Source of the DNA: a virus
Taxonomy: Duplodnaviria; Caudoviricetes
Direction: 5' to 3' (one strand)
IMG/VR virus record: IMGVR_UViG_3300031951_000177
Location: 1 to 57,940 of that record
DNA: 57,940 bases
This document shows positions 24,465 through 32,677 of this stretch, one piece after another. The position numbers and the translations under genes are program-made. The notes under the pieces were generated by a model that saw only the letters and a list, made by a program, of their open reading frames with translations, ran no database searches and was not told the origin of the DNA. The first letter of the stretch is position 1. Every line of letters begins with the position of its first letter.

Positions 24465-27400
24465 TCACTTGCAGTTGATCTTCACCAGGCCGGCGTCGTC
24501 GAGCCGCTCCAGGATGTCCATGAACTCTTGGTCGATGCGGCGGATTGTCTCAGCCATCGGGTGCGCGTCAACCCGCTCGAGCGCACGCACGCGCCCCAGG
24601 CCTCGGGCGTCTTGCAGATCGCGGAACAGGCCGGCCACTTCCTTGTCCTCAGCACGGGCGCGCTGACTGAATGCGGGCGCATCCTGCCAGCCCTGCGGCG
24701 ACGAGGTCGGCTTGTAGTAGGTGCCGATCCAGCCCATCAGGTTGACGTCGGTCTTGACCGTGCGCGCAGAGATCATCTCCGCCAGCTTGGGCCACACCCC
24801 AGGCCAAGACACGAAGTTGCCATTGAGCTTGACGTCAGCCTTAGGATCTCCAGCCTTGCGACCAGTCAGCGCCTGCTTGGCCAGGCCGGGGTCCAGGTAC
24901 AGCAGGTTGCCGTCGTTGATGCGTTTCATCAGCACCTGCTCGTTCGGCTTGCCGCCGGAGATCGACACGCCCTTGGCGTAGATCGACATCACCGCGCCGG
25001 TCGGATCGGTGTTGTCCACCGACACCTTGATCGGGACGATCAGCGCGCCCTTGTCGCTGGTGATCGGCAGCACCAGCTCGAACTCGCGGGGGTTGCCGTC
25101 CTTCGACTTCAGCACCATGGCCGGGCGGTAGATGCCCTCGATGAGCTGCTTGGGCGTGATGTCGGGAAGCTCGTCCGCGTGTCCTTTTTCTGCCTTGGTC
25201 CTGATGAAGACCTTGTTCACGATGCTGGTGGCGATGTCGAAGTCCTGCGTGCGAGCGCCCAGCATGTTGAGCACATGGGGCAGCCGGCCGATGGTGAGCT
25301 TCGGCAACTGGCGTCCCTGCTGCGCCTCGCGGATGTAGCGCTGCAAGTTGATCGAGGCGCCCTCGATCTCTTTGTTCAGGGCGCTCTGCGGCGACACCTT
25401 CGGCAGTTGACGGTTGCTGAATGCTGGCGCTTCAGCTCGAAGCTCGCGAGCCAGCTCGCCGCGGTACATGACCTTGTCGGACTGCCACACCGGGTTGCCA
25501 GCCAGGCGCTCGTAGACGTCCGGCATGCCGCGAGAGATGAGCTCCGCCCAACGCTTGCCGGACACCTGCCCGGCCGGCAGCATCTTGTTGGCTGAGATCT
25601 TCTCAGCGTCGCTCAGCACTCGCTCACGGGCCGGTGCAACAGCCTCGCCTGCCATGCGGCTGCGAGCGCCGAGCTGCTCGACGGGCACCGCATGCCGACC
25701 CAGCAGCACTGCATTGCCTGACGGCCCGGCGTCGCGCACCATGTAGCCGTCGAAGCCTGCGTCGATGACGGCCGACTCGAAGTCGTTGAAGGACTCGTTG
25801 TCGCGGCGCAGACGCAGCGTGTCCTCGTCGACGTCGTACAGGTTCTGCAGATTGACGCGGTGAGCCTGGCCCCCCACGCCGGCCTCAGGATTGATGCCGG
25901 TGCCGCGATCGATGTAGAAGTTGATGCGCTGCTTCAGGCGCGGATCTGCGCCCTGCAAGCGCGTCATCTCGGCACCGCGCAGGCCGGTGCCATACATCAC
26001 GCTGTCGAGGGTCGTGCGGGGCTGGGTGCTGTAGTGATAGCCGACCGCGGAGGCGGCGCCCTCTCGAGGGGTGCCGTAGGAAGGGGTTACCGCTTGAACG
26101 TCTTGCGGCCCCACTCCTCGATCGCGTCCACCGCCGGCTGCATCGGATCCGCCTCGGTTGCTGAACTGGATTCGGCCGGGGTCTCCCCACTGGTACTTTT
26201 CGGCGAACTGCTCGAAGACTCGCTGGACCCGAGGCGCGAGAACACTTCTGGCCCAGTCGAGAACATCGGATCGTCCCGCGGCACTAATCCTTTGTATGTA
26301 GCCTTGCCCATTCGGGTTTACCTCCCAGTCATTGGTTGGCATGTCGCCGCTGGAGGCGAACACGCGATAGTCGAAGTCCGGCAGCACCCCCTCCGCGACC
26401 TTCACGATCTCTGATTGGAGTACGTCATTTGTGATGATACCGAAGTTCACGGCCCTAATACCAGTGGGAGAACTGATCAGCGCAAACTGGTTCTGCCAGT
26501 TGACCTTGCCGTTGTCGTCCATCCACTTGCCGATTGCCGCCTCGAGATCTCGCGTTTCTACCGGGTTCAGTGCCCGGCCGATGTCGATGTCCAGGCCGTT
26601 GGACTGGCGCTTCGTGCCGGCGTAGAAAGGACGGTGCCAGCCCACCCCCTCCTGCCTGGCCACCAGGCCGGCCACGGACGCATAGACGTTGAGCAGCTCG
26701 GCCTGTGCCGGGTCGACGTTGCTCTTGCCCGCATCGCCTCCGGCCGGCGCCATAGCCACGCGCTTCTGCGTGCTGGGTGACACCTCGCCCTGCCACACGC
26801 CCGGGCGCATCAGGTCGCTGGGCTCCGTCAGAAGGCCGAGCATTACGGCCAGCATGTCGCTGCCGTTCTCGTCGTAGAAGGCCCGCTGCACGGCCTGATG
26901 GAACTCCACCTGCTGGGCATACGGTGCGGTGTGGATCCCCTCTAGAACGCCCGTGCTGCGGCCTGGCCGAGCCTCGAACGAAAGCTGACCGACGTGACGT
27001 CCGACTCCATCAGCAAAGTCGAACTTGGCCTGCTCGGTATCCTCCTTGGTGGGCACATGCTCCGTCGCATGCTTGAGCCAGTTGTCGCGGTGCTTCTGCG
27101 CGTCGATGATGACGCGGACCTTCTTGCCCTTCGCGTCGCGCTCAAACCTGATCCAGCCATTCTTTTCGCTGCTGGCCTCAGTCCTCTCCTTGACGCCTTT
27201 GTTCTCCATGCGGGCCTTCATCGCGACCCAGATGGCGGCCTGCACTTGCTGCGGCTCCCATCCCATCTCCTGCGCAATGCGGTTGGTCTCGTTCTCCATG
27301 AAGGCGTACTGCGTCGGCGTGGGTGCGTCGTTGGCGTACTCGGCCGCACGCATCATCCACATGTCGATCGTCGCGCCCTGCTTGCCGGCAGTGCTGGTGT

Positions 27401-30400
27401 CGATCTCGCGCAGCAGGTTGAAGAAGAAGTTGCCCGTCTTCTCGCCAGACCAGAAGGCGTCAACGTCGGCCATTGCCTGAGTCGCCTTCTTGTCCTGCAC
27501 CCCGGTCTTGACGCTGATCGGCTGGCCAGCCTTGTACTGTGCCCAGGCTCGCAGCGCAAACGTCGAGTTACTGTCGACACGCGCCTGCGGGCTGTAGATG
27601 GCCAGCAGGGCAACGAACTTGCGCGCCTCCTGCACGTTGCCGCCAGTCATGCGCAAGATCGCCAGGCTGCTGTTCTCGTACCAGTAGCGACCGCGCTCGC
27701 CCTCTTTGGTCAACTTGAGAAGGATGGCGCGCAGCTCACCAATCTTTTCAGGGGTGTTGTACTTTTCGGGTGCGCCGACGTACTTTCCGTCCCGCATTGG
27801 CAGCTCGTCGAGCACAACGCCAGCCCGGCTGTATGCCGTCTTGCGGCCCTCAAGCGCAGCCCTCACACGCGGTGCGGCCGACGTGGTGAACACAATTCCG
27901 TCTTTGGTGTTGCGACCCTTCACGTCATCAGGGATGCTGGCGCGGATAGCCTCGTGGCTTCCATAGACCATGATCGTCCCGTCCCGCATAGTGCGGACAT
28001 CAAAGTCACCCACGCGCTCGGTGCCCTCGCGGGGCTTTAACTCTTGTGAAGTTTTTGATACACTTGACTCGTCAGGAGATCCTATGAAAGTCCCCTCTTC
28101 CTTCCCAGCCGGCTGCGAGTTCGTTGCCTCGTTCTCCGGCGACGAGTTCGTCAAGTTCCCCGACGGCAAGCTCTTCAAGCTCGCCGACTCCGGCGAAGAG
28201 CTCGTGCCAGCCAGCTCGCTGCCTGCACGCGGCGCGCCGATGTCGGAGGCTGCCTTCCTGTCCTGCGCCGAGGGCTGCCGCAAGTTCGCCGCCGAGAAAG
28301 CTGCGTCGTAAAGACCACGCATCGCGTCGTAGATCTCGCCGCGCAGCGGTGAACCCTCAGGCTGCTCACGGGCGGCCTCGTACAACTTGTGGCCCTGGCC
28401 ATCCTTGGCGGCCAGCATGGCGGGCGTATTGATCTGGATCTCACCCACCGTGCCGTTGGGCATTCTGATGTTGATCAGCACGTCGGCATAGCCGCCGAAC
28501 TTTTGGCGGTCTGACGACTCCACCCCCTCGCCAGTCACGCCAGCACCGGCGCGGTCCTTGATGCGGACCACGTCGAACTCCTTGCGGATCTCGTCGATGA
28601 TCGCGGGCGCGTCGGCGTAGCTGTCGACCACGATGGTCGAGCGCAGCAGGTCCTTGATGTTGTCGACCTGGTAGTTCTCCTCAAGCGCCAGCTTCTCGGC
28701 CGCACGCTTGATGCCCTTGATGGGCGCCAGCATCTGGCCGGTGGCGCCGGTGCGCGCTGCGATGTTCAGGATCTTCTGGTCGTACTCCGGCTTGACCTGC
28801 TCGGCCGCTTCCATCCTGGGCTTCAGCAAGATCTCTGCGCGCAGGCGATCCTGCGGCGAAACGGAGACTGGCTGCCGCTCCTTGAAGTACTTCTCGACGA
28901 ACCCGTCGGCCGCCGCCACTGTCTCTGCCGGCACCGACTCGGACAGCAGCGAAGCCATGTCGCGCTGATTGTTGAAGTTGTCGGCCTTCGGGTTGTAGTC
29001 GCTGACCTTCACAGGCTCGCGGGCCCGGCCGCTGAACATGAACTCGGACTTCTGTCCGTAGGTTGGGTTCTTGGCCAGCACCAGGGGGCCGATTTGGATG
29101 ACCTCCTGCGCAGCGACGACGGGCTCCATCGTGGAGCGGTCGTAGAAGTAGCTGTGCCGCTCGGGGTCCATGCCGACCTGGATCCAGGACTTGGAGTTGA
29201 GAGCAGCCTGCGCAAACGCGACCGCCTGCTTCTCGGTCATCTGTTTCCACTTGCCCTCGATGCGAGCGAACGGAGACTTAGCCGAGTCGCCCTTGGCGAT
29301 CTCAAGCGCCTTCTCCTGCTCGCGAGGGGTCATCGCAAACTCGGCATCGGTCACGGCCGACACGTTTCCGTACAAGGTCTTCTTGTCCTTGTTGGCCGGG
29401 TGGATCGAGTTGACCCACACGCCGTGGTCCTTGTACGCCGGAATATCCAGGCGCAGCCCCACGCGCTCGCCGTTGGTCAGCTCTTTGTCGGCGATGCCGT
29501 AGCGCGGCAGCTTGGCCGACGTCAGGGCGCGCTCGGCGTCAGCCTGAGTTGCAGGCTCAGGCACGAACGAATACGGCGCCACGGGCTTGTATTCGTCCAC
29601 CATGCGGGCGTAGTCCTCGCGAGTGATCGCGCCTTGGGACAGCTTGTTCGCCCCCTCGGTCAGCTCCGGCACCCGCTTGGTCACGTCCTTGAAGTCCATG
29701 CTCAGGCGGTTGACGGCAACGCGCTGAGACGCCATGGCCATGCCCTCGAGCTGCACGTCGGGCTGCAGGCCCTGCGCCTTCATCGCGTCGGCGTAGGCGG
29801 TCGTCAACAGGTCGCGAGCCTTCGCGACGTCGGAGATGTACTTGTTGACGAAGTCCTCGCCGTACTGCTTCTTCGCGCCGGTGATGATGTCGCCGAGCTT
29901 GGCGATGATGGTCTTGGCCACCTCGCCAAACTCCTTGTTGCCCATCTTCGTGCGCAGCTCTTGCCAGAAGTCCTCGCGCTTGCTGATGGCCTGCACCATC
30001 ATGGCCGGGGCCTCCTCCTCGAACTTGTCCGGCGTGTAGCTGAACTCGTCGAGGAACTTGTCCTTGCGGTCCTGGCGGAACAGATCCAGCAGCGCGGTGT
30101 TCAGGCTTTTGCGCTGAGCCTCCGGCAGGCCGTGATAGGCCTCGTGCACCGTGATGGCCAGGGGCGCATCGTCCGCATCGTCGGCGACGAACAGGTGCTT
30201 GCCGCCGACGCTGTTGATCATGCCGTTGGGCAGAGCGCCTGCACCGGTCTCCTGGTGGACTACCGTCAAGGTCTTGCCCATCAGGCGCGCCACCGCACTG
30301 GCCAGGCGCTGCGAGTCGTTCAGGTCGGTCGACTTGACCGGCGAGAACGTGACGCCGAGCTGCTGGTCGAGCTGCTTGTTGAGCGAGCTCAGCTCTCGCA

Positions 30401-32675
30401 GCGGCGCCGTGGGCGCGAGCTTCAGTCCGGCACGTTCAGTATCAGACAGTTCAACCGGGGCGCCGGTTGCGGCGGGGATGCCACCAGCGCCGCTTTGTGC
30501 GGCACCTGCCATTTGGCCTGCTGGTGTTGCTCCTTGCGTTTGGCCTTGCTGGGCTTGAGGGGTTTGCGTGCCAAGGTTGGTCTCCTTTTGGTATCCGACA
30601 ATCTGAAAGCGCCCGTTGCCCATGGGCTCGACACGCCAGTCGTGAGTCTGCCTGGTGTCGATGACCGTGCTGGCAGTGGCCATCGCCTGCTGAGCGTCCT
30701 GCTCGTTTGCATAGCCAGTCTTTGCGCGGCCAGTCCAAGTCAGCGGCTCACCGCCTACGGCTACGCCGGCAGGCTGTTGGCCGGCCGCACCTCCAGCAGG
30801 TACAGCCTGTCGATCATTGACTCCAGGGATCGCGAGAGCTCCGCCTCCGTACCCGGTGGCACCTGCAGCGCCAGGTCCTGCAGCTCCCATGCTTCCGTCA
30901 ATGAGACCGCCCCCTGCCTCACCCCCTGCTCCAGCCAATCCTCCAGGTAAGCCTGTTGTGCCGACATTCGCGCCTCCCATGCGCAGCTTGTCCAGACCGA
31001 ACTGCTCCTCGGTCGACGGGTTGATCTCGGGCAGGATAGGAGCCGCGTTCGGCAGCGGCACCTCGATGTCCACCAGGCCGGCCTGCTTGGTCGGCGCGTT
31101 GGGCGGGGTGAAGTTCTTGACGGTCGCGGCGGGTGAGATCAGGTTTGAGGTGCCGGCTTCCGTGCGCAGCATGTCAATGCTGATAGCTTGCGATGCCTCT
31201 GGCCCAAGGTTCTCAAACGCACGCCCAGCCGAGTCGATCTCCCGCGCAATCTGGCGCTCAGGTTCGTAGTAGCCGGTCGCTGCGGCGGCAACCTGAGGCG
31301 CGCTCATCAGCTTGCCCGTCACGCCGCCAACAACTCCGGCCTCGGCCAGGCCCTTGGTCAGCTCAATGTCCTTGCCCTGGAAGTACTTGTCGAGCACGTT
31401 GCCGCCGAACTGCGCAGCCACTTCTTCGATCGCGTTGGTCAGCCCGTTGGCAGTGATTGCACCGCCGGCCTGCAGAGCGCGCTGGCCAGCCACCGCCAGC
31501 ACCGTGTTGGCCTTGGCCGGAGACATCCCCTTGAGCACGTCGCCGACTTTGTCGAACACACCAAGCGGCAGCTTCTCGGATATGTACTCCACCCCGCCCT
31601 TGGCGAGAGCCACGCGGGAGTCGTCGCCTTGAGCGAAGCTCTGGCCAGCCGCCGTGCCTGCCATGCCAGGCAGCAAAGCTGCGCGCAGCGGCGGCACAAA
31701 CGCAGCCAGCAGAGACTGCGCGATCTGCGGCGAGTTGGCGGCGAGCTTCGACATCAACCACGGCGCAAACTCTTGGCGCGCAATGGCCTCGTCCATCTCT
31801 TGCTTGCCAACCTTTGGCATGAAGTCGCTGGCAGACTTGGCCAGGTACTCAGTGCCAAATGCGGTGGGAACAGGGGGGAGATCTTGCATTCCCAGTGCGC
31901 GCAGCACCGGGTTGATGGCAGTCTTGTTGAAGGCGTCTGCGGCGACCGAGGGGATGTTGATCACGCCGCTGATCAAGCCCGCGGAGCCGGCAGCAATGGA
32001 ACCCAGCAGCGGATTCTCTTCGGCAAACTTGCGGCGCCCTTCGGATTCCGCCATTTGGCTGGTAACGCCACTGATCTCGTCTACGCGCAGACCCTCATCG
32101 GCCACGCGCACGCCCTGCGCCAGCATGCGGCGGTCGGCGATCTGCTTAGCCGAGCGGCCATCCATGATGTCGCCAAAGCCAGGAGTGACATCAGGAATTG
32201 AGACGGGCGACGCTGCGCCGGCACCAAGCCTGGGCGGCGGGACATTGCCGGGTCCACGCGGAGCATCCAGCAATCTTTGAGCTCGCCCCTCCTGGTCCAA
32301 GCTGATGCGCTTGTTTTCTGCCTGCGCCTCAGACAGGATCTGACGCGCCGCCCGGCCCAGCACATCTGTGCGATTGTCGGCCAGGGTAGTCAACAGGCGC
32401 ATGCGATCTTCAGGCGCGGCCTTGCCGATGATGTCGCGCCGAACGCCGGCCACATAGTCCTGGTTCAGCATCGGATCGAACCCGGGCGTGCGAGGCACTT
32501 CGCCAGGCTGATCCATCACGCTGCGGATCAGCGGCCCGCCGGTAGGCGCGCCCTGCATGGCCGTGGCCATGTCGGAGTAGTCCGTCGCATCGGCGGACTC
32601 CACCTCCTCAATCGGGATGAAGCGGAAGGCTTTCTGCTCTTCCTTCTCGAACTCGGAGATGGGTACGAATCGCAT
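24465..32675 (-). CDS. Giant polyvalent ejection-type protein 1 (about 2736 aa): metallopeptidase, RelA/SpoT-like synthetase, HhH-glycosylase-like, ART-like and MuF-C/PBECR nuclease-like modules
   Basis: HEAYH (about 30140); IKGIKRAAEK...DLLRSTIVV...GYADV...EIQINT...HKLYE (about 28330-28830); YWYE...AIYSPQ...TIDMWMMR...QVQAAIW (about 27220-27700); YHYS...FYI...GFDGY (about 25700-26045); IGRLPHVL...H...IYRPAMVLKS...SIYAK (about 24870-25310). Confidence 0.9.
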   Translation of the reverse strand: MRFVPISEFEKEEQKAFRFIPIEEVESADATDYSDMATAMQGAPTGGPLIRSVMDQPGEVPRTPGFDPMLNQDYVAGVRRDIIGKAAPEDRMRLLTTLADNRTDVLGRAARQILSEAQAENKRISLDQEGRAQRLLDAPRGPGNVPPPRLGAGAASPVSIPDVTPGFGDIMDGRSAKQIADRRMLAQGVRVADEGLRVDEISGVTSQMAESEGRRKFAEENPLLGSIAAGSAGLISGVINIPSVAADAFNKTAINPVLRALGMQDLPPVPTAFGTEYLAKSASDFMPKVGKQEMDEAIARQEFAPWLMSKLAANSPQIAQSLLAAFVPPLRAALLPGMAGTAAGQSFAQGDDSRVALAKGGVEYISEKLPLGVFDKVGDVLKGMSPAKANTVLAVAGQRALQAGGAITANGLTNAIEEVAAQFGGNVLDKYFQGKDIELTKGLAEAGVVGGVTGKLMSAPQVAAAATGYYEPERQIAREIDSAGRAFENLGPEASQAISIDMLRTEAGTSNLISPAATVKNFTPPNAPTKQAGLVDIEVPLPNAAPILPEINPSTEEQFGLDKLRMGGANVGTTGLPGGLAGAGGEAGGGLIDGSMGAAGPGAAGATGYGGGALAIPGVNDRQAVPAGGAAGQQPAGVAVGGEPLTWTGRAKTGYANEQDAQQAMATASTVIDTRQTHDWRVEPMGNGRFQIVGYQKETNLGTQTPQAQQGQTQGATPAGQMAGAAQSGAGGIPAATGAPVELSDTERAGLKLAPTAPLRELSSLNKQLDQQLGVTFSPVKSTDLNDSQRLASAVARLMGKTLTVVHQETGAGALPNGMINSVGGKHLFVADDADDAPLAITVHEAYHGLPEAQRKSLNTALLDLFRQDRKDKFLDEFSYTPDKFEEEAPAMMVQAISKREDFWQELRTKMGNKEFGEVAKTIIAKLGDIITGAKKQYGEDFVNKYISDVAKARDLLTTAYADAMKAQGLQPDVQLEGMAMASQRVAVNRLSMDFKDVTKRVPELTEGANKLSQGAITREDYARMVDEYKPVAPYSFVPEPATQADAERALTSAKLPRYGIADKELTNGERVGLRLDIPAYKDHGVWVNSIHPANKDKKTLYGNVSAVTDAEFAMTPREQEKALEIAKGDSAKSPFARIEGKWKQMTEKQAVAFAQAALNSKSWIQVGMDPERHSYFYDRSTMEPVVAAQEVIQIGPLVLAKNPTYGQKSEFMFSGRAREPVKVSDYNPKADNFNNQRDMASLLSESVPAETVAAADGFVEKYFKERQPVSVSPQDRLRAEILLKPRMEAAEQVKPEYDQKILNIAARTGATGQMLAPIKGIKRAAEKLALEENYQVDNIKDLLRSTIVVDSYADAPAIIDEIRKEFDVVRIKDRAGAGVTGEGVESSDRQKFGGYADVLINIRMPNGTVGEIQINTPAMLAAKDGQGHKLYEAAREQPEGSPLRGEIYDAMRGLYDAAFSAANLRQPSAQDRKAASDIGAPRAGSELAGTSSSPESASLKSLPSGNLTNSSPENEATNSQPAGKEEGTFIGSPDESSVSKTSQELKPREGTERVGDFDVRTMRDGTIMVYGSHEAIRASIPDDVKGRNTKDGIVFTTSAAPRVRAALEGRKTAYSRAGVVLDELPMRDGKYVGAPEKYNTPEKIGELRAILLKLTKEGERGRYWYENSSLAILRMTGGNVQEARKFVALLAIYSPQARVDSNSTFALRAWAQYKAGQPISVKTGVQDKKATQAMADVDAFWSGEKTGNFFFNLLREIDTSTAGKQGATIDMWMMRAAEYANDAPTPTQYAFMENETNRIAQEMGWEPQQVQAAIWVAMKARMENKGVKERTEASSEKNGWIRFERDAKGKKVRVIIDAQKHRDNWLKHATEHVPTKEDTEQAKFDFADGVGRHVGQLSFEARPGRSTGVLEGIHTAPYAQQVEFHQAVQRAFYDENGSDMLAVMLGLLTEPSDLMRPGVWQGEVSPSTQKRVAMAPAGGDAGKSNVDPAQAELLNVYASVAGLVARQEGVGWHRPFYAGTKRQSNGLDIDIGRALNPVETRDLEAAIGKWMDDNGKVNWQNQFALISSPTGIRAVNFGIITNDVLQSEIVKVAEGVLPDFDYRVFASSGDMPTNDWEVNPNGQGYIQRISAAGRSDVLDWARSVLAPRVQRVFEQFAEKYQWGDPGRIQFSNRGGSDAAGGGRDRGVGPQDVQAVTPSYGTPREGAASAVGYHYSTQPRTTLDSVMYGTGLRGAEMTRLQGADPRLKQRINFYIDRGTGINPEAGVGGQAHRVNLQNLYDVDEDTLRLRRDNESFNDFESAVIDAGFDGYMVRDAGPSGNAVLLGRHAVPVEQLGARSRMAGEAVAPARERVLSDAEKISANKMLPAGQVSGKRWAELISRGMPDVYERLAGNPVWQSDKVMYRGELARELRAEAPAFSNRQLPKVSPQSALNKEIEGASINLQRYIREAQQGRQLPKLTIGRLPHVLNMLGARTQDFDIATSIVNKVFIRTKAEKGHADELPDITPKQLIEGIYRPAMVLKSKDGNPREFELVLPITSDKGALIVPIKVSVDNTDPTGAVMSIYAKGVSISGGKPNEQVLMKRINDGNLLYLDPGLAKQALTGRKAGDPKADVKLNGNFVSWPGVWPKLAEMISARTVKTDVNLMGWIGTYYKPTSSPQGWQDAPAFSQRARAEDKEVAGLFRDLQDARGLGRVRALERVDAHPMAETIRRIDQEFMDILERLDDAGLVKINCK
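26087..26311 (-). CDS. Candidate nested gene (+1 frame) inside giant protein 1
   Basis: GGAGGT-7 nt-ATG; 74 aa MGKATYKGLVPRDDPMFSTGPEVF...AVDAIEEWGRKTFKR; host-frame codon usage is locally atypical. Confidence 0.5.
   Translation of the reverse strand: MGKATYKGLVPRDDPMFSTGPEVFSRLGSSESSSSSPKSTSGETPAESSSATEADPMQPAVDAIEEWGRKTFKR
28036..28078 (+). promoter_or_regulatory. Internal antisense promoter and RBS
   Basis: TTTAAC(28036)-17 nt-TACACT(28059), AGGAG(28074), in an AT-rich patch inside a GC-rich gene. Confidence 0.65.
28084..28311 (+). CDS. Candidate nested antisense gene (75 aa) next to the RelA/SpoT module; putative immunity protein
   Basis: Promoter + AGGAG + ATG; MKVPSSFPAGCEFVASFSGDEFVKFPDGKLFKLADSGEELVP...; the host frame here is a Ser-rich low-complexity linker. 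Confidence 0.65.
   Translation: MKVPSSFPAGCEFVASFSGDEFVKFPDGKLFKLADSGEELVPASSLPARGAPMSEAAFLSCAEGCRKFAAEKAAS
30422..30574 (-). CDS. Weak candidate nested gene (+1 frame, basic, 50 aa)
   Basis: AAGGAG-7 nt-TTG; MARKPLKPSKAKRKEQHQQAKWQVPHK. Confidence 0.3.
   Translation of the reverse strand: MARKPLKPSKAKRKEQHQQAKWQVPHKAALVASPPQPAPRLNCLILNVPD
30761..30967 (-). CDS. Candidate nested gene (+1 frame, acidic helical, 68 aa)
   Basis: GGAGG-5 nt-ATG; MSAQQAYLEDWLEQGVRQGAVSLTEAWELQDL...; GC3 bias shifts to this frame while the host frame uses TTA/GGA/GCA codons. Confidence 0.62.
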   Translation of the reverse strand: MSAQQAYLEDWLEQGVRQGAVSLTEAWELQDLALQVPPGTEAELSRSLESMIDRLYLLEVRPANSLPA

Positions 32676-32677
32676 GC

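Noticed and set aside
30451-30738. 95-aa alternative-frame ORF in the giant gene
   Set aside because: No convincing RBS; Arg/His-rich composition typical of an off-frame reading
24465-32675. Giant protein as an N4-like virion RNA polymerase
   Set aside because: No RNA polymerase motifs recognised; the modules are polyvalent-type, and an N4-gp56-like capsid alone does not make it an N4-like phage
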